DNA from: Octopus sinensis
Lineage: Eukaryota
NCBI RefSeq assembly: GCF_006345805.1
Contig: NC_043025.1
Span: forward strand, 10,044,001 to 10,108,000
Reading direction: 5' to 3'
DNA length: 64,000 nt
In this document: piece after piece, positions 39,860 to 52,779 of the stretch
How positions within the stretch are numbered: the first letter of the stretch is position 1
Layout of the letters: each line of letters starts with the position of its first letter
Made by a program: the position numbers and the translations under genes
The notes under the pieces: model-generated
Database searches by the model: none
Told to the model about the DNA's origin: nothing
The model's input: only the letters and a program-made list of their open reading frames with translations

Positions 39860-40500
39860 CATGCCCGATCCGGGATCCGGGACCCCCTTCGGTCACGACA
39901 CTGACCATGGGATTGCACCTAGAAAGTTACCCTCCTAGTCACAAGTCTGGGCAAGGTGGTTTATGGAAGACCAGCAGTCGGCCCATGCATACCGGCCTTC
40001 CCTCTCCACGCCACCAGTGTTATCCAAGGGAAAGGCAAAGGGGCCCGAAACAGCTTGGTACCTGTGACGTCGCAACTCCTTTCTACAGCTGAGTGAACTG
40101 GAGCAACGTGAAATAAAGTGCCTTGCTCAAGAACACAACACACAGCCCGGTCCGGGATTCGAACTCACAACCCACAACAACCCGGTCCGGGATTCGAACT
40201 CACAACCCACAACAACCCGGTCCGGGATTCGAACTCACAACCCACAACAACCCGGTCCGGGATTCGAACTCACAACCCACAACAACCCGGTCCGGGATTC
40301 GAACTCACAACCCACAACAACCCGGTCCGGGATTCGAACTCACAACCCACAACAACCCGGTCCGGGATTCGAACTCACAACCCACAACAACCCGGTCCGG
40401 GATTCGAACTCACAACCCACAACAACCCGGTCCGGGATTCAAGCTCACAACCTCACGATCGTAAGCTCGACGCTCTAACCACTGAGCCATGCGCCTCCAC
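39860..40500 (-). mobile_element. tRNA-derived SINE whose B-box region is amplified as nine 35-bp units
   Basis: Head GTGGAGGCGCATGGCTCAGTGGTTAGAGCG at 40500. The unit cccggtccgggattcgaactcacaacccacaacaa starts at 40146, 40181 and so on to 40426. Confidence 0.9.
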
Positions 40501-40832
40501 AAGCCATGCCCACCCACCATGATATGAAGTGGCGAGCATGGAGTATGTTACATTGTCACAAGAGAGAGATGCTGGTATTTGGATAGTACCCCATGGTACA
40601 ACCACAAACACCAAAACTTATTTGATTACTCATAGTTATGCATAACTGCATTATGTTGCAGCAGAGTGGTGCAATACTGACATTATGCAAAATGCATAAA
40701 AGACTGGCTTACATCTAATGATCTTAACCCTTTTGGTATTAAACTCACTGAACACTCCAACCCTGGTTCTATGATATAAACTTCCTGGTCTAAACAGAAA
40801 TCTTTTATCAAAATTTCGTTATTACCTCTGCC

Positions 40833-43800
40833 GGATCTTTTCGGTTTGACCGGCAGTTTTTTAAAATAATTTCCACGCAACTAAACACTTTTAAACTTCG
40901 TATATTGGTAGAATGTGTTTATAAAACATCTTTTTCTCTTGGCTTTATTGAGAAAATTCTATAGTTTGTAAGGGAGCCAGAGTATCGACTTATCTACTCC
41001 CCCACAAAAATGCTACTCTTGTGCCCAGATCAAAGACCATTGAGTCGCTGAGTATATTGTTAATAGCTTTTCGCTAATTATATTGCTAGTAGTGTATTAT
41101 TAATTACTATTACTGGATCTTTTCGGTTTGAACGGCAGTTTTTAAAAATAATTTCCACGCAACTAAACACTTTTAAACTTCGTATATTGGTAGAATGTGT
41201 TTATAAAACATCTTTTTCTCTTGGCTTTATTGAGAACATTCTAGAGTTTGTAAGGGAGCCAGAGTATCGACTTATCTACTCCCCCACAAAAATGCTACTC
41301 TTGTGCCCAGATCAAAGACCATTGAGTCGCTAAATATATTGTTAATAGCTTTTCACTAATTATATTGCTAGTAGTGTATTATTAATTACTATTACTGGAT
41401 CTTTTCGGTTTGACCGGCAGTTTTTTAAAATAATTTCCACGCAACTAAACACTTTTAAACTTCGTATATTGGTAGAATGTGTTTATAAAACATCTTTTTC
41501 TCTTGGCTTTATTGAGAAAATTCTATAGTTTGTAAGGGAGCCAGAGTATCGACTTATCTACTCCCCCACAAAAATGCTACTCTTGTGCCCAGATCAAAGA
41601 CCATTGAGTCGCTGAGTATATTGTTAATAGCTTTTCGCTAATTATATTGCTAGTAGTGTATTATTAATTACTATTACTGGATCTTTTCGGTTTGAACGGC
41701 AGTTTTTAAAAATAATTTCCACGCAACTAAACACTTTTAAACTTCGTATATTGGTAGAATGTGTTTATAAAACATCTTTTTCTCTTGGCTTTATTGAGAA
41801 CATTCTAGAGTTTGTAAGGGAGCCAGAGTATCGACTTATCTACTCCCCCACAAAAATGCTACTCTTGTGCCCAGATCAAAGACCATTGAGTCGCTAAATA
41901 TATTGTTAATAGCTTTTCACTAATTATATTGCTAGTAGTGTATTATTAATTACTATTACTGGATCTTTTCGGTTTGAACGGCAGTTTTTAAAAATAATTT
42001 CCACGTAACTAAACACTTTTAAACTTCGTATACTGGAAGAATGTGTTTATAAAACATCTTTTTCTCTTGGCTTTATTGAGAAAATTCTATTGTTTGTAAG
42101 GGAGCCAGAGTATCGACTTATCTACTCCCCCACAAAAATGCTACTCTTGTGCCCAGATCAAAGACCATTGAGTCGCTGAGTATATTGTTAATAGCTTTTC
42201 GCTAATTATATTGCTAGTAGTGTATTATTAATACTATTACTGGATCTTTTCGGTTTGAACGGCAGTTTTTAAAAATAATTTCCACGCAACTAAACACTTT
42301 TAAACTTCGTATATTGGTAGAATGTGTTTATAAAACATCTTTTTCTCTTGGCTTTATTGAGAAAATTCTATAGTTTGTAAGGGAGCCAGAGTATCGACTT
42401 ATCTACTCCCCCACAAAAATGCTACTCTTGTGCCCAGATCAAAGACCATTGAGTCGCTAAGTATATTGTTAATAGCTTTTCGCTAATTATATTGCTAGTA
42501 GTGTATTATTAATTACTATTACTGGATCTTTTCGGTTTGAACGGCAGTTTTTTAAAAATAATTTCCACGCAACTAAACACTTTTAAACTTCGTATATTGG
42601 TAGAATGTGTTTATAAAACATCTTTTTCTCTTGGCTTTATTGAGAAAATTCTATAGTTTGTAAGGGAGCCAGAGTATCGACTTATCTACTCCCCCACAAA
42701 AATGCTACTCTTGTGCCCAGATCAAAGACCATTGAGTCGCTAAATATATTGTTAATAGCTTTTCGCTAATTATATTGCTAGTAGTGTATTATTAATTACT
42801 ATTACTGGATCTTTTCGGTTTGAACGGCAGTTTTTAAAAATAATTTCCACGCAACTAAACACTTTTAAACTTCCTATATTGGTAGAATGTGTTTATAAAA
42901 CATCTTTTTCTCTTGGCTTTATTGAGAAAATTCTATAGTTTGTAAGGGAGCCAGAGTATCGACTTATCTACTCCCCCACAAAAATGCTACTCTTGTGCCC
43001 AGATCAAAGACCATTGAGTCGCTAAATATATTGTTAATAGCTTTTCACTAATTATATTGCTAGTAGTGTATTATTAATTACTATTACTGGATCTTTTCGG
43101 TTTGAACGGCAGTTTTTAAAAATAATTTCCACGCAACTAAACACTTTTAAACTTCGTATACTGGAAGAATGTGTTTATAAAACATCTTTTTCTCTTGGCT
43201 TTATTGAGAAAATTCTATAGTTTGTAAGGGAGCCAGAGTATCGACTTATCTACTCCCCCACAAAAATGCTACTCTTGTGCCCAGATCAAAGACCATTGAG
43301 TCGCTGAGTATATTGTTAATAGCTTTTCGCTAATTATATTGCTAGTAGTGTATTATTAATTACTATTACTGGATCTTTTCGGTTTGAACGGCAGTTTTTA
43401 AAAATAATTTCCACGCAACTAAACACTTTTAAACTTCGTATATTGGTAGAATGTGTTTATAAAACATCTTTTTCTCTTGGCTTTATTGAGAAAATTCTAT
43501 AGTTTGTAAGGGAGCCAGAGTATCGACTTATCTACTCCCCCACAAAAATGCTACTCTTGTGCCCAGATCAAAGACCATTGAGTCGCTAAATATATTGTTA
43601 ATAGCTTTTCACTAATTATATTGCTAGTAGTGTATTATTAATTACTATTACTGGATCTTTTCGGTTTGAACGGCAGTTTTTAAAAATAATTTCCACGTAA
43701 CTAAACACTTTTAAACTTCGTATACTGGAAGAATGTGTTTATAAAACATCTTTTTCTCTTGGCTTTATTGAGAAATTTCTATAGTTTGTAAGATATTTGT

Positions 43801-43838
43801 TGTTTATTTTCTTCAATTTCTGCAATTTCAACCAATCA
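40833..43838. repeat. 282-bp satellite array (10 full units plus 1 partial) built from a MITE terminus
   Basis: ggatcttttcggtttga starts at 40833, 41115, 41397, 41679, 41961, 42242, 42524, 42807, 43089, 43371 and 43653. Confidence 0.95.
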
Positions 43839-45206
43839 ATTACAATATATATGACGGGCTTCTTTCAGTTTCTGTCTACCAAATCCACTCACAAGGATTT
43901 GGTCGGCCCGAAGCTATAGTAGAAGACACTTGCCCAAGGTGCCACGCAGTGGGACTGAACCCAGAACCATGTGGTTGGTAATCAAGCTACTTACCACACA
44001 GCCACTCCTGCATATATATATATGCATATATACGATGGGCTTCTTTCAGTTTCCGTCTACCAAATCCACTCACAAGGCTTTGGTCAGCCCGACGCTATAG
44101 TAGAAGACACTTGCCCAAGGTGCCACGCAGTGGGACTGAACCCAGAACCATGTGGTTGATAAGCAAGCTACTTACCACACAGCCACTCCTATCCTTTCCA
44201 TTATAGGCAGAAGGCCTGAAATTTTACGACCCTGAAAGGATGAAAGGTCAAAGGTGACCTCTGTGGAATTTGAACTCACAATGTACAAAGATAGATGAAA
44301 TGCCACTAAGCGGGCTAATGATTCTTAGAAAGTTAGGAGAAGCATTCCAGAAGTTTTGAGACTGTTTTAGGAAAAGCAGTTTAGTCTATCACTACTATAC
44401 ATCAGTGGAGGCGCAATGGCCCAGTGGTTAGGGCAGCGGACTCGCGGTCATAGGATCGCGGTTTCGATTCCCAGACCGGCCGTTGTGAGTGTTTATTGAG
44501 CGAAAACACCTAAAAGCTCCACGAGGCTCCGGCAGGGGATGGTGGTGATCCCTGCTGTACTCTTTCACCACAACTTTCTCTCACTCTTACTTCCTGTTTC
44601 TGTTGTACCTGTATTTCAAAGGGCCGGCCTTGTCACTCTCTGTGTCACGCTGAATCTCCCCGAGAGCTACGTTAAGGGTACACGTGTCTGTGGAGTGCTC
44701 AGCCACTTACACGTTAATTTCACGAGCAGGCTGTTCCGTTGATTCGGATCAACTGGAACCCTTGTCGTCGTAACCGACGGAGTGCTTCCACAATCCATCA
44801 AATAAACTGACCTGCCAACTTTTGTTATTCCAGATTGAAGGAAATGGCTGTAACAGAATTTTGAACACACCCTGCTAAATACTACTGACTTGGCTTGCAG
44901 AATGCAGTCAGGACATGAAGACAATTCGGGAGTTTGCTATGCAATGAAGGTTTGTGTTAAACTCTTTACTCTTTCACTCTTTTACTTGTTTCAGTTATTT
45001 GACTGTGGCCATGCTGGAGCACCGTCTTTAGTTGAGCAAGTCATGGTGACTTGGCTGTGTGGTAAGCAGCTTGCTAACCAACCACATGGTTCCGGGTTCA
45101 GTCCCACTGCGTGGCATCCTGGGCAAGTGTCTTCTGCTATAGCCCCGGGCCGACCAATACCTTGTGAGTGGATTTGGTAGATGGAAACTGAAAGGAGCCT
45201 GTCGTA

Positions 45207-45248
<42 letters not shown>

Positions 45249-47451
45249 TGCAGGTGTGGCTGTGTGGTAAGTAGCTTGCTTACCAACCACATGGTTCCGG
45301 GTTCAGTCCCACTGCGTGGCATCTTGAGCAAGTGTCTTCTACTATAGCCCCGGGCCGACCAATGCTTGTGAGTGGATTTGGTAGACAGAAACTGAAAGAA
45401 ACCCATCGTGTATATGTATATATATATTTATATATATATATATATATATACGTGTGTGTGTTTGTGTGTCTGTGTTTGTCCCCCTAGCATTGCTTGACAA
45501 CCGATGCTAGTGTGTTTACGTCCCCGTTACTTAGCGGTTCGGCAAAAGAGACCGATGGAATAAGTACTGGGCTTACAAAGAATAAGTCCTGGGGTCGAGT
45601 TGCTCGACTAAAGGGGGTGCTCCAGCATGGCCGCAGTCAAATGACTGAAACAAGTAAAAGAGTAAAGAGTAATGTAGTTCTAGGTATACTATGTCTGGGA
45701 GGAGAAAGATTAAGACAACCGAAAGATGTGATGGTCACATTTGATTACGGGTTTGCTGAATCAGGACTGACCTAGGGCTAAACAACAGCAGAACTTTCCC
45801 CTACCCATCCCCCCAGTTCCTGTACAATTTTACCATTTCTCACAGAACATTTAAATGCCAACACAGTCCAAACTTATAAGTGTAGGGGGATGGGGGTCGA
45901 GCGAGAGGGGAGAGGAGAGAGTTGGTGGGTGTATGGGTGGTGGAGAGTCTGACAGAAGGATATACCGGTGGTGTGGTGGTGGTGGTGGTGATGTTGGAAA
46001 GACCCACCCCGACTGACTGACTGACTTAATTAGGTTTGCTTGGAGGAGAGGATGTAAGGAGAGGTCGCCGTGGCGATGATGATGATGATGACGACGAGGG
46101 GGGGCGGGAGGAGGTGAAGAAGATGAAGGCCAGTAACAGCTGGCAGATTTGGGGTGGGGAGGGGGTGGAATGGAGTAGGGTGAAGGCAGGTGGGGCAAGG
46201 CAGGAGAGTGGGACGGGGGTGGGGTGGAAGAGGGGGCAGAATGCCAGCTACAGTACATGTCCACAGAAGCAACCACACAAAACTGAGCGGGGGCGGGGCA
46301 TAATCAGCCATGATGGACCAAACCCGTAGGTGGGCCAGTGGCCCCGTGGGACTTCCTGCTTGACACAGCCAACACAAAATTACTTCAAATTCATATTTTT
46401 CAGTTCTGTGGCCTGCTTAATGAACCGTATCTCATGTGGGCCCCACTTCTCAAAAACTGGTTGCCCATGTCCACTCTGTAACACAGTTACTCTTTACTCT
46501 TTTACTTGTTTCAGTCATTTGACTGCGGCCATGCTGGAGCACTGCCTTTAATCGAGCAACTCGACCCCGGGACTTATTCTTTTGTAAGCCCAGTACTTAT
46601 TCTATCGGTCTCTCTTTTGCCGAACCGCTAAGTGACGGGGACGTAAACACACCAGCTTCGGTTGTCAAGCAATGCTAGGGAGACAAACACAGACACACAA
46701 ATATATACACACACATACATATACATATATACGAAAGGCTTCTTTCAGTTTCCGTCTACCAAATCCACTCACAAGGTTTTGGTCGGCCCGAGGCTATGGC
46801 AGAAGACACTTGCCCAAGATGCCACGCAGTGGGACTGAACCCGGAACCATGTGGTTGGTTAGCAAGCTACTTACCACACAGCCACTCCTGCGCCTATAAC
46901 AGTTGTTCAACATGCTAGACATAACAGCCAAATTGCTCTCCAAACGATATTCCCTGGTACGCATGGGCAACTGCTAGTCCTCCATAAACAACCCTGCCCA
47001 GACTTGTACCTCAGAGGGTAACTTTCTAGGTGCAACCCCATGGTCATTCATGACTGAAGAGGGTCTTTACCCTTCTCAGCAGAATAGCAAAAACAAATTG
47101 TGAAAATGGATCTTTTGCAGAGAATATTACACACACACACACATATATATATATCATCTTCATCATTTAACGTCCATTTTCCATGCTAGCATGGGTTGGA
47201 CGGTTCAACTGGGGTCTGGGAAGCCAGAAAGCTGCGCCAGGCCCAGTCTGATCTGGCAATGTTTCTACAGCTGGATGCCCTTCCTAACGCCAACCACTCC
47301 GTGAGTGTAGTGGGTGCTTTTTACATGCCACCAACACAGGTGCCAGACGAGGCTGGCGAACGGCCACGCTTGGATGGTGCTTTTTACGTGCCACCGGCAC
47401 GGAGGCCAGGCGAGGCTGGCAACAGCCACGATCGGATGGTGTTTGTTAGTC

Positions 47452-48460
47452 AGAGGTGGAATTCTGCTTTAAGCACCTCATATAACCCCTCGTAACTTTT
47501 TCATTATTTGGAATTTTCAGAAAAATTTTGTGAATATGTTCTACACTCAGGAATTCGTATGCTTATGCAAATCCAAAACAAAAGCAAAAAAGAGATTTTT
47601 GTGAGTGTGATTTAAAGGCTATCATCATCATCATCATCGTTTAGCATCCGCTTTCCATACTAGCATGGGTTGGACGTTTTAACTGGGGTCTGGGAAGCCA
47701 GAAGGCTGCACCAGGCCCAGTCTGATCTGGCAATGTTTCTATGGCTGGATGCCCTTCCTAATGCCAACCACTCTGTGAGTGTAGTGGGTGCTTTTTACGT
47801 GCCAGATGAGGCTGGCAAATGACCACGATCGGATGGTGCTTTTTACGTGCTACCGGCATGAAGACCAGTCGGGGCGGCGCTGGCAACGACCACGTTCGGA
47901 TGGTTCTCTTACGTACCACCGGCACTGGTATCACAGCTGCAATTTCCATTGATGTTGATCGATTTCGATTTTGATTTTGATTTGTAATATAACTGTTATT
48001 TTTAGCACATCTCAAGACCACCTGTTACCCTCCTCGTTTCTTTGTCACTATGATGTTTTGATGTTTTTCAATATCTTTCTCCCCATAAACACATTTAATG
48101 GTCAAGGGCTGGGGGTTAAGCAAAAATTTCGGACTGTCTGTATTTTCAACTCTGATTTAAAAAGAAAACAAAATTTATTTGAAATGCACAAATTTAAAGA
48201 AAAAATTTTTTTCACTCGAAGAATTAAAAAAATTTTTTTCATAATCGTATGAATTCCCGTGTGTAGAAAACAAATATGCAAAACAAATAGGCGCAGGAGT
48301 GGCTGTGTGGTAAGTAGCTTGCTTACCAACCACATGGTTCCAGGTTCAGTCCCACTGCATGGCACCTTGGGCAAATGTCTTCTACTATAGCCCCGGGCCG
48401 ACCAATGCCTTGTGAGTGGATTTGGTAGACGGAAACTGAAAGAAGCCTGTCATATATATG

Positions 48461-48493
<33 letters not shown>

Positions 48494-48777
48494 TTGTGTG
48501 TCTGTGTTTGTCCCCCTAGCATTGCTTGACAACTGATGCTGGTGTGTTTACGTCCCCGTCACTTAGCGGTTCGGCAAAAGAGACCAATAGAATAAGTACT
48601 GGGCTTACAAAGAATAAGTCCCGGGGTCGATTTGCTCGACTAAAAAGGCGGTGCTCCAGCATGGCTGCAGTCAAATGACTGAAACAAATAAAATAGTAAA
48701 AGTTTTCTGAGAATACCAAAAAATAAAAAAAAGTTACGAGAGGGTTAGATGGGGCACTAAAGGTAGAATTCCGCTGT
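47452..48777. mobile_element. Foldback-type non-autonomous DNA element with imperfect ~70-bp TIRs and two nested SINEs
   Basis: Left end ggaattctgc...cctcgtaactttt...ttttcagaaaa mirrors right end tttctgagaa...aaagttacgagagg...gtagaattcc. Confidence 0.6.
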
Positions 48778-49923
48778 CTAATGTTGAATGAAGCAAGGGA
48801 GACTACTCTTGCAAATGTAATATATTCAATTCTACTCTAGGAACAAGGCTCGAAATTTTGGGGGAAGGAGGCCAGTCGATTAGATCGATCTCAGTACGTA
48901 ACTGGTACTTAATTTATCGATCCCGAAAAGATGAAAGGCAAAGTCGACCTCAACGGAATTTGAACTCACAATGTAACGGCAGATGAAATACCAATTTCTT
49001 TACTACCCACAAGGGGCTAAATACAGAGGAGACAAACAGATTAAGTCGATTACATCGACCCCAGTGCGTAACTGGTACTTAATTTATGGACCCCGAAAGG
49101 ATGAAAGGCAAAGTCGACCTGTACGGAATTTGAACTCAGAATGTAACGGCAGACGAAATACAGCTACGCATTTCGCCCGGTGCCCTAACATTTCTGCCAG
49201 GTCACCTTGCAAATGTAATATATTGAAATGAACGAAGGGCTACTAATAGACTTATAGTCTTATGTCCGTATGAGCCAATGTGGGAGACCATGGTAGCTAG
49301 AACTGGTAGAAATAGCAGCCAAATCTCTCTCAAATCACACCTTACTGTCTTATGTATGTATAAGCCAATGAAGGAGACCTCTACATGATTGCTAGAACAG
49401 GTAGAAATAGCAGCCAAATCTCCCTCAGATCACACCCTACTGTCTAATGTATATATGTATGAACCAATGAAGGAGACCTCAGTATTATAGATAGTTCTGG
49501 TAGAAATGGCAGCCAAATCTCCCTCAAATCACACCCTACTGTCTAATGTTTATATGTATGAACCAATGAAAGAGACCTCAGTATTATAGATAGCTCTGGT
49601 AGAAATAGCAGCCAAGTCTCCCTCAAATCACACCCTACTGTCTAATGTATATATGAACCAATGAAGGAGACCTCAGTATTATAGATAGCTCTGGTAGAAA
49701 CAGCAGCCAAATCTCCCTCAAATCACACCCTCTGTTAAATACAATGGATGAGGTGGTTTCTGACAAAAAGATGGAATGGTCATGCTTGGAAAGTCTCTGA
49801 TCATGGGACCTGTTAAGTGAGGGATGACACAAGGCAAAACAACAATAACAACAGCAGCAATAACTAAAAGCTCCTCAGCTTTTGAAATCATAAAAGTACA
49901 TGTTGCTTTCAGCAAAAGGATAC

Positions 49924-49943
49924 GTCCAGAATAAAATATATGT
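49924..49943 (-). CDS. EMC6: EMC6 coding exon 4, 20-nt microexon (TYILFW plus 2 nt of Thr)
   Basis: ACATATATTTTATTCTGGAC supplies the conserved TY(V/I)LFWT segment. Preceded by TTCCTTAAC and then TTTTACAG. Followed by GTATCCTTTT. Confidence 0.93.
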
Positions 49944-51966
49944 CTGTAAAATAATGGTTAAGGAATATATATAAGGGTATACATGAATATATAAGAGTAT
50001 ATATATGAATATATAAGAATAAATAAATGAATATATAAGGGTATACGTGAATATATAAGGGTATACGTGAATATATAAGGGTATACGTGAATATATAAGG
50101 GTATATTTGAATATATAAGGGTATATATGAATATATAAGGGTATACGTGAATATATAAGGGCATATATAAATATATAAGAATAAGTATGAACACTCACTG
50201 CTTTATCAATAAAAATAATTCTTTCTACTAAAGGTACAAGGCCTGAAATCTGTGGGGAGGGGGCTAGTTGATTAGATCGACCCCCAGTGTCTCACTGCTA
50301 CTTAATTTTTTGATCCTGAAAGAATGAAAGCCAAAGTCGACCTCGGTGGAATTTGAACTCAGAACGTTGAGGTGGATGAAATACTGCTAAGCATTTGTCC
50401 AGTGTGCTAACGACTCTGCCAGCTTGCCACCTTAAATAATAATAAGGGTTTCAAATTTTGCCACAAGGACAGTGGTTTTGGGGAAGGTGATAAGTTGATT
50501 ACATTGACCCCAATGTTCAAATGGTACTTATTTTATCAACCCTGAAAGGATGAAAGGCAAAGTCGACCTTGGTGGAGTTTGAACTCAGAACCGAGTGACA
50601 GGCAAAATACCTATTTCTTTACCACCCACAAGGGGCTAAACACAGAGGAGACAAACAAGGACAGACAGACGGATTAAGTCGATTATATCGACCCCAGTAC
50701 ATAACTGGTACTTAATTTATCGACCCCGAAAGGATGAAAGGCAAAGTCGACTTCGGCGGAATTTGAACTCGGAACAGAGTGACAGGCAAAATACCTATTT
50801 CTTTACTACCCACAAGGGGCTACACACAGAGGAGACAAACAAGGACAGACAAATGGATTAAATCGATAATATCGACCCCAGTACATAACTGGTACTTAAT
50901 TTATCAACCCCGAACGGATGAAAGGCAAAGTCGACCTCGGCGAAAATTGAACTCAGAACGTAACGGCAGACGAACTGCTCAGCATTTCGCCCGATGTGCT
51001 AACGACTCTGCCAGCTCGCCACCTTAATTTCAAATTTTGTCACAAATCCAGGGAAGGAGTAAGTTGATTACATCAACCCCAGTACACAACTGGTACTTAT
51101 TTCATCAACCCTGAAAAGACAAAAGGTAAAGCTGACCTCGGCAGAATTTGAACTCAGAACGTAAAGACAGATGAAATACTGCTAAGCATTTTGCCCGGTG
51201 TGCTAACGATTCTGCCAGCTTGCTGCCTTTACCTTCATAATGATAATTATTTTTTCTACTAAAGGCACAAGGCCTGAAATTGTAGGGTAGAAGACTAGAT
51301 GATTACATCGACCCCAGTGTTTCACTGGTACTTAGTTTATCAACCCCAAAAGAATGAAAAGCAAAGTCAACCTGGGTGGAGTTTGAACTCAGAATGTAGC
51401 AACAGGTGAAATACCGCTAAGCATTTCATCCAGTGTGCTAACGATTCTGCCAGCTCACCACCTTCTCTCGTGTATTTGCCACAAGGGCAGCAATTTGGGA
51501 GAAGAGACGAACAAGTTGATTACATCGAACCCACTGCTCAACTGGGGCTTATTTTATCAACCCTGAAAGGGATGAAAAGCAAGCTTGACTTTGGCGGAAT
51601 TTGAACTCAGAACATAAAGATGGACAATAATAATAATAATAATAATAATCCTTTCTACAGGAAGCCCAAGGCCTCAAATTTGGGGGAAGGGATTAAGTTG
51701 ATTGCATCGACCCCAGTGCATGACTGGTACTTGTTTAATCGACCCCGAAAGGATGAAAGGCAAAGTCGATTTTTGGTGGAATTTGAACTCAGAATGTAAT
51801 CGCTTCTAATCTAGGTACAAGGCCCGAAATTTTGGGGGAGAGTGGGGGCCAGTCGATTAGATCGACCCAGTATACAACTGGTACTTAATTTATCGACCCC
51901 GAAAGGATGTTTAGCCCCCTGTGGGCAATAAAGAAATAAATATATTCAGTGTATTGTGAAGGATAC
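49944..51966 (-). other. EMC6: EMC6 intron 3, U12-type GT-AG, phase 0, 2023 nt
   Basis: 5' site GTATCCTTC. Branch point TTCCTTAAC at 49957-49965 is an exact U12 consensus and ends 13 nt before the exon. Confidence 0.92.
49966..50190. repeat. 20-bp minisatellite, about 11 copies, abutting the intron 3 U12 branch point
   Basis: Unit gtatacgtgaatatataagg and its variants. Confidence 0.9.
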
Positions 51967-52059
51967 AAATAAACCACCAAAGAGGCCACTGAAAAATAGA
52001 ACTCTCCGACTGACAAAATATTTATTCCATCTGGAACCAGCTTTTACCATTAACATCAC
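51967..52059 (-). CDS. EMC6: EMC6 coding exon 3 ([31 protein letters not shown])
   Basis: Matches EMC6 [26 protein letters not shown]. Acceptor tctccatttcag. Donor TTT|GTATCCTTC is U12-type. 93 nt. Confidence 0.96.
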
Positions 52060-52779
52060 CTGAAATGGAGAAATTGAGAGTGTAAGTATGAGTGAGAGTA
52101 TGACCGAGTGAGGGAAGGGTGGAGTGAGAGAGAGAGAGTGAAAGTTGGGAGAGAGAGGGAGAGAGTAAGTGAGCAAGGGACAGAGTGAAAGTTAGGGAAG
52201 AGAGAATAGAGATAGAGAGAGTGAGAGGAGTGAGTGATACTGAGGGGGTGGTAACGAGAGAGGGAGAGATAGTGAGGGGGTGGTAATGAGAGAGGGAGAG
52301 AATGTAAGAGAGCAGAGAGTGATAGTAAAAAAAGAGGGATGGTGAGAGTGAGTGGCCAGAGAGTAAATATGAAGATGAGAGAGAGGTAGGAGGGAAAGGG
52401 TGAAAGATAGAGAGAGAGAAAGAAAGAGTTGAAGGAGGATTAGAGTTACAAAGAGGTATGGAGAGGAAGGAGGGGAATGGGCAAAGAGAGAGGGAGAGAA
52501 GGAAGTTGAAAGTGAGGGGTAGAGGTAGAGTGAAAGAAGGAGAGGTGGGGTGGGAGAAGAGAATATGAAGTGATTAATTTGCAAGTCGTTAAGAGACTTG
52601 TGTTTTTCATTATAATTATAATTATCTTTTTTTAATCTTTTAGTAGGGAGATTAAGAGCTATGGCCATGACCCCTTTTCAGGGCCACCGAGGCCAGAGGT
52701 GGAGTGGGGGTGAGGAAGAGGTATTTTAAGCCCTCCTCAGACATGGTTTGAATGCTTACAACAGAGCAGACTCTGCCAG

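Larger units (their letters stand above)
33651..49923 (-). other. EMC6: EMC6 intron 4, U12-type GT-AG, phase 2, 16273 nt
   Basis: 5' site GTATCCTTTT is an exact U12 consensus. Branch point TCTCCTTAAT at 33667-33676 ends 16 nt before the exon. Confidence 0.9.

Noticed and set aside
40146-40460. CRISPR-like appearance of the 35-bp repeats
   Set aside because: The units are contiguous and identical with no unique spacers, there are no cas genes, and the context is a eukaryotic SINE.
44810-44955. Plus-strand acceptor and donor pair suggesting an exon
   Set aside because: All three frames contain stops and there is no supporting neighbouring exon.
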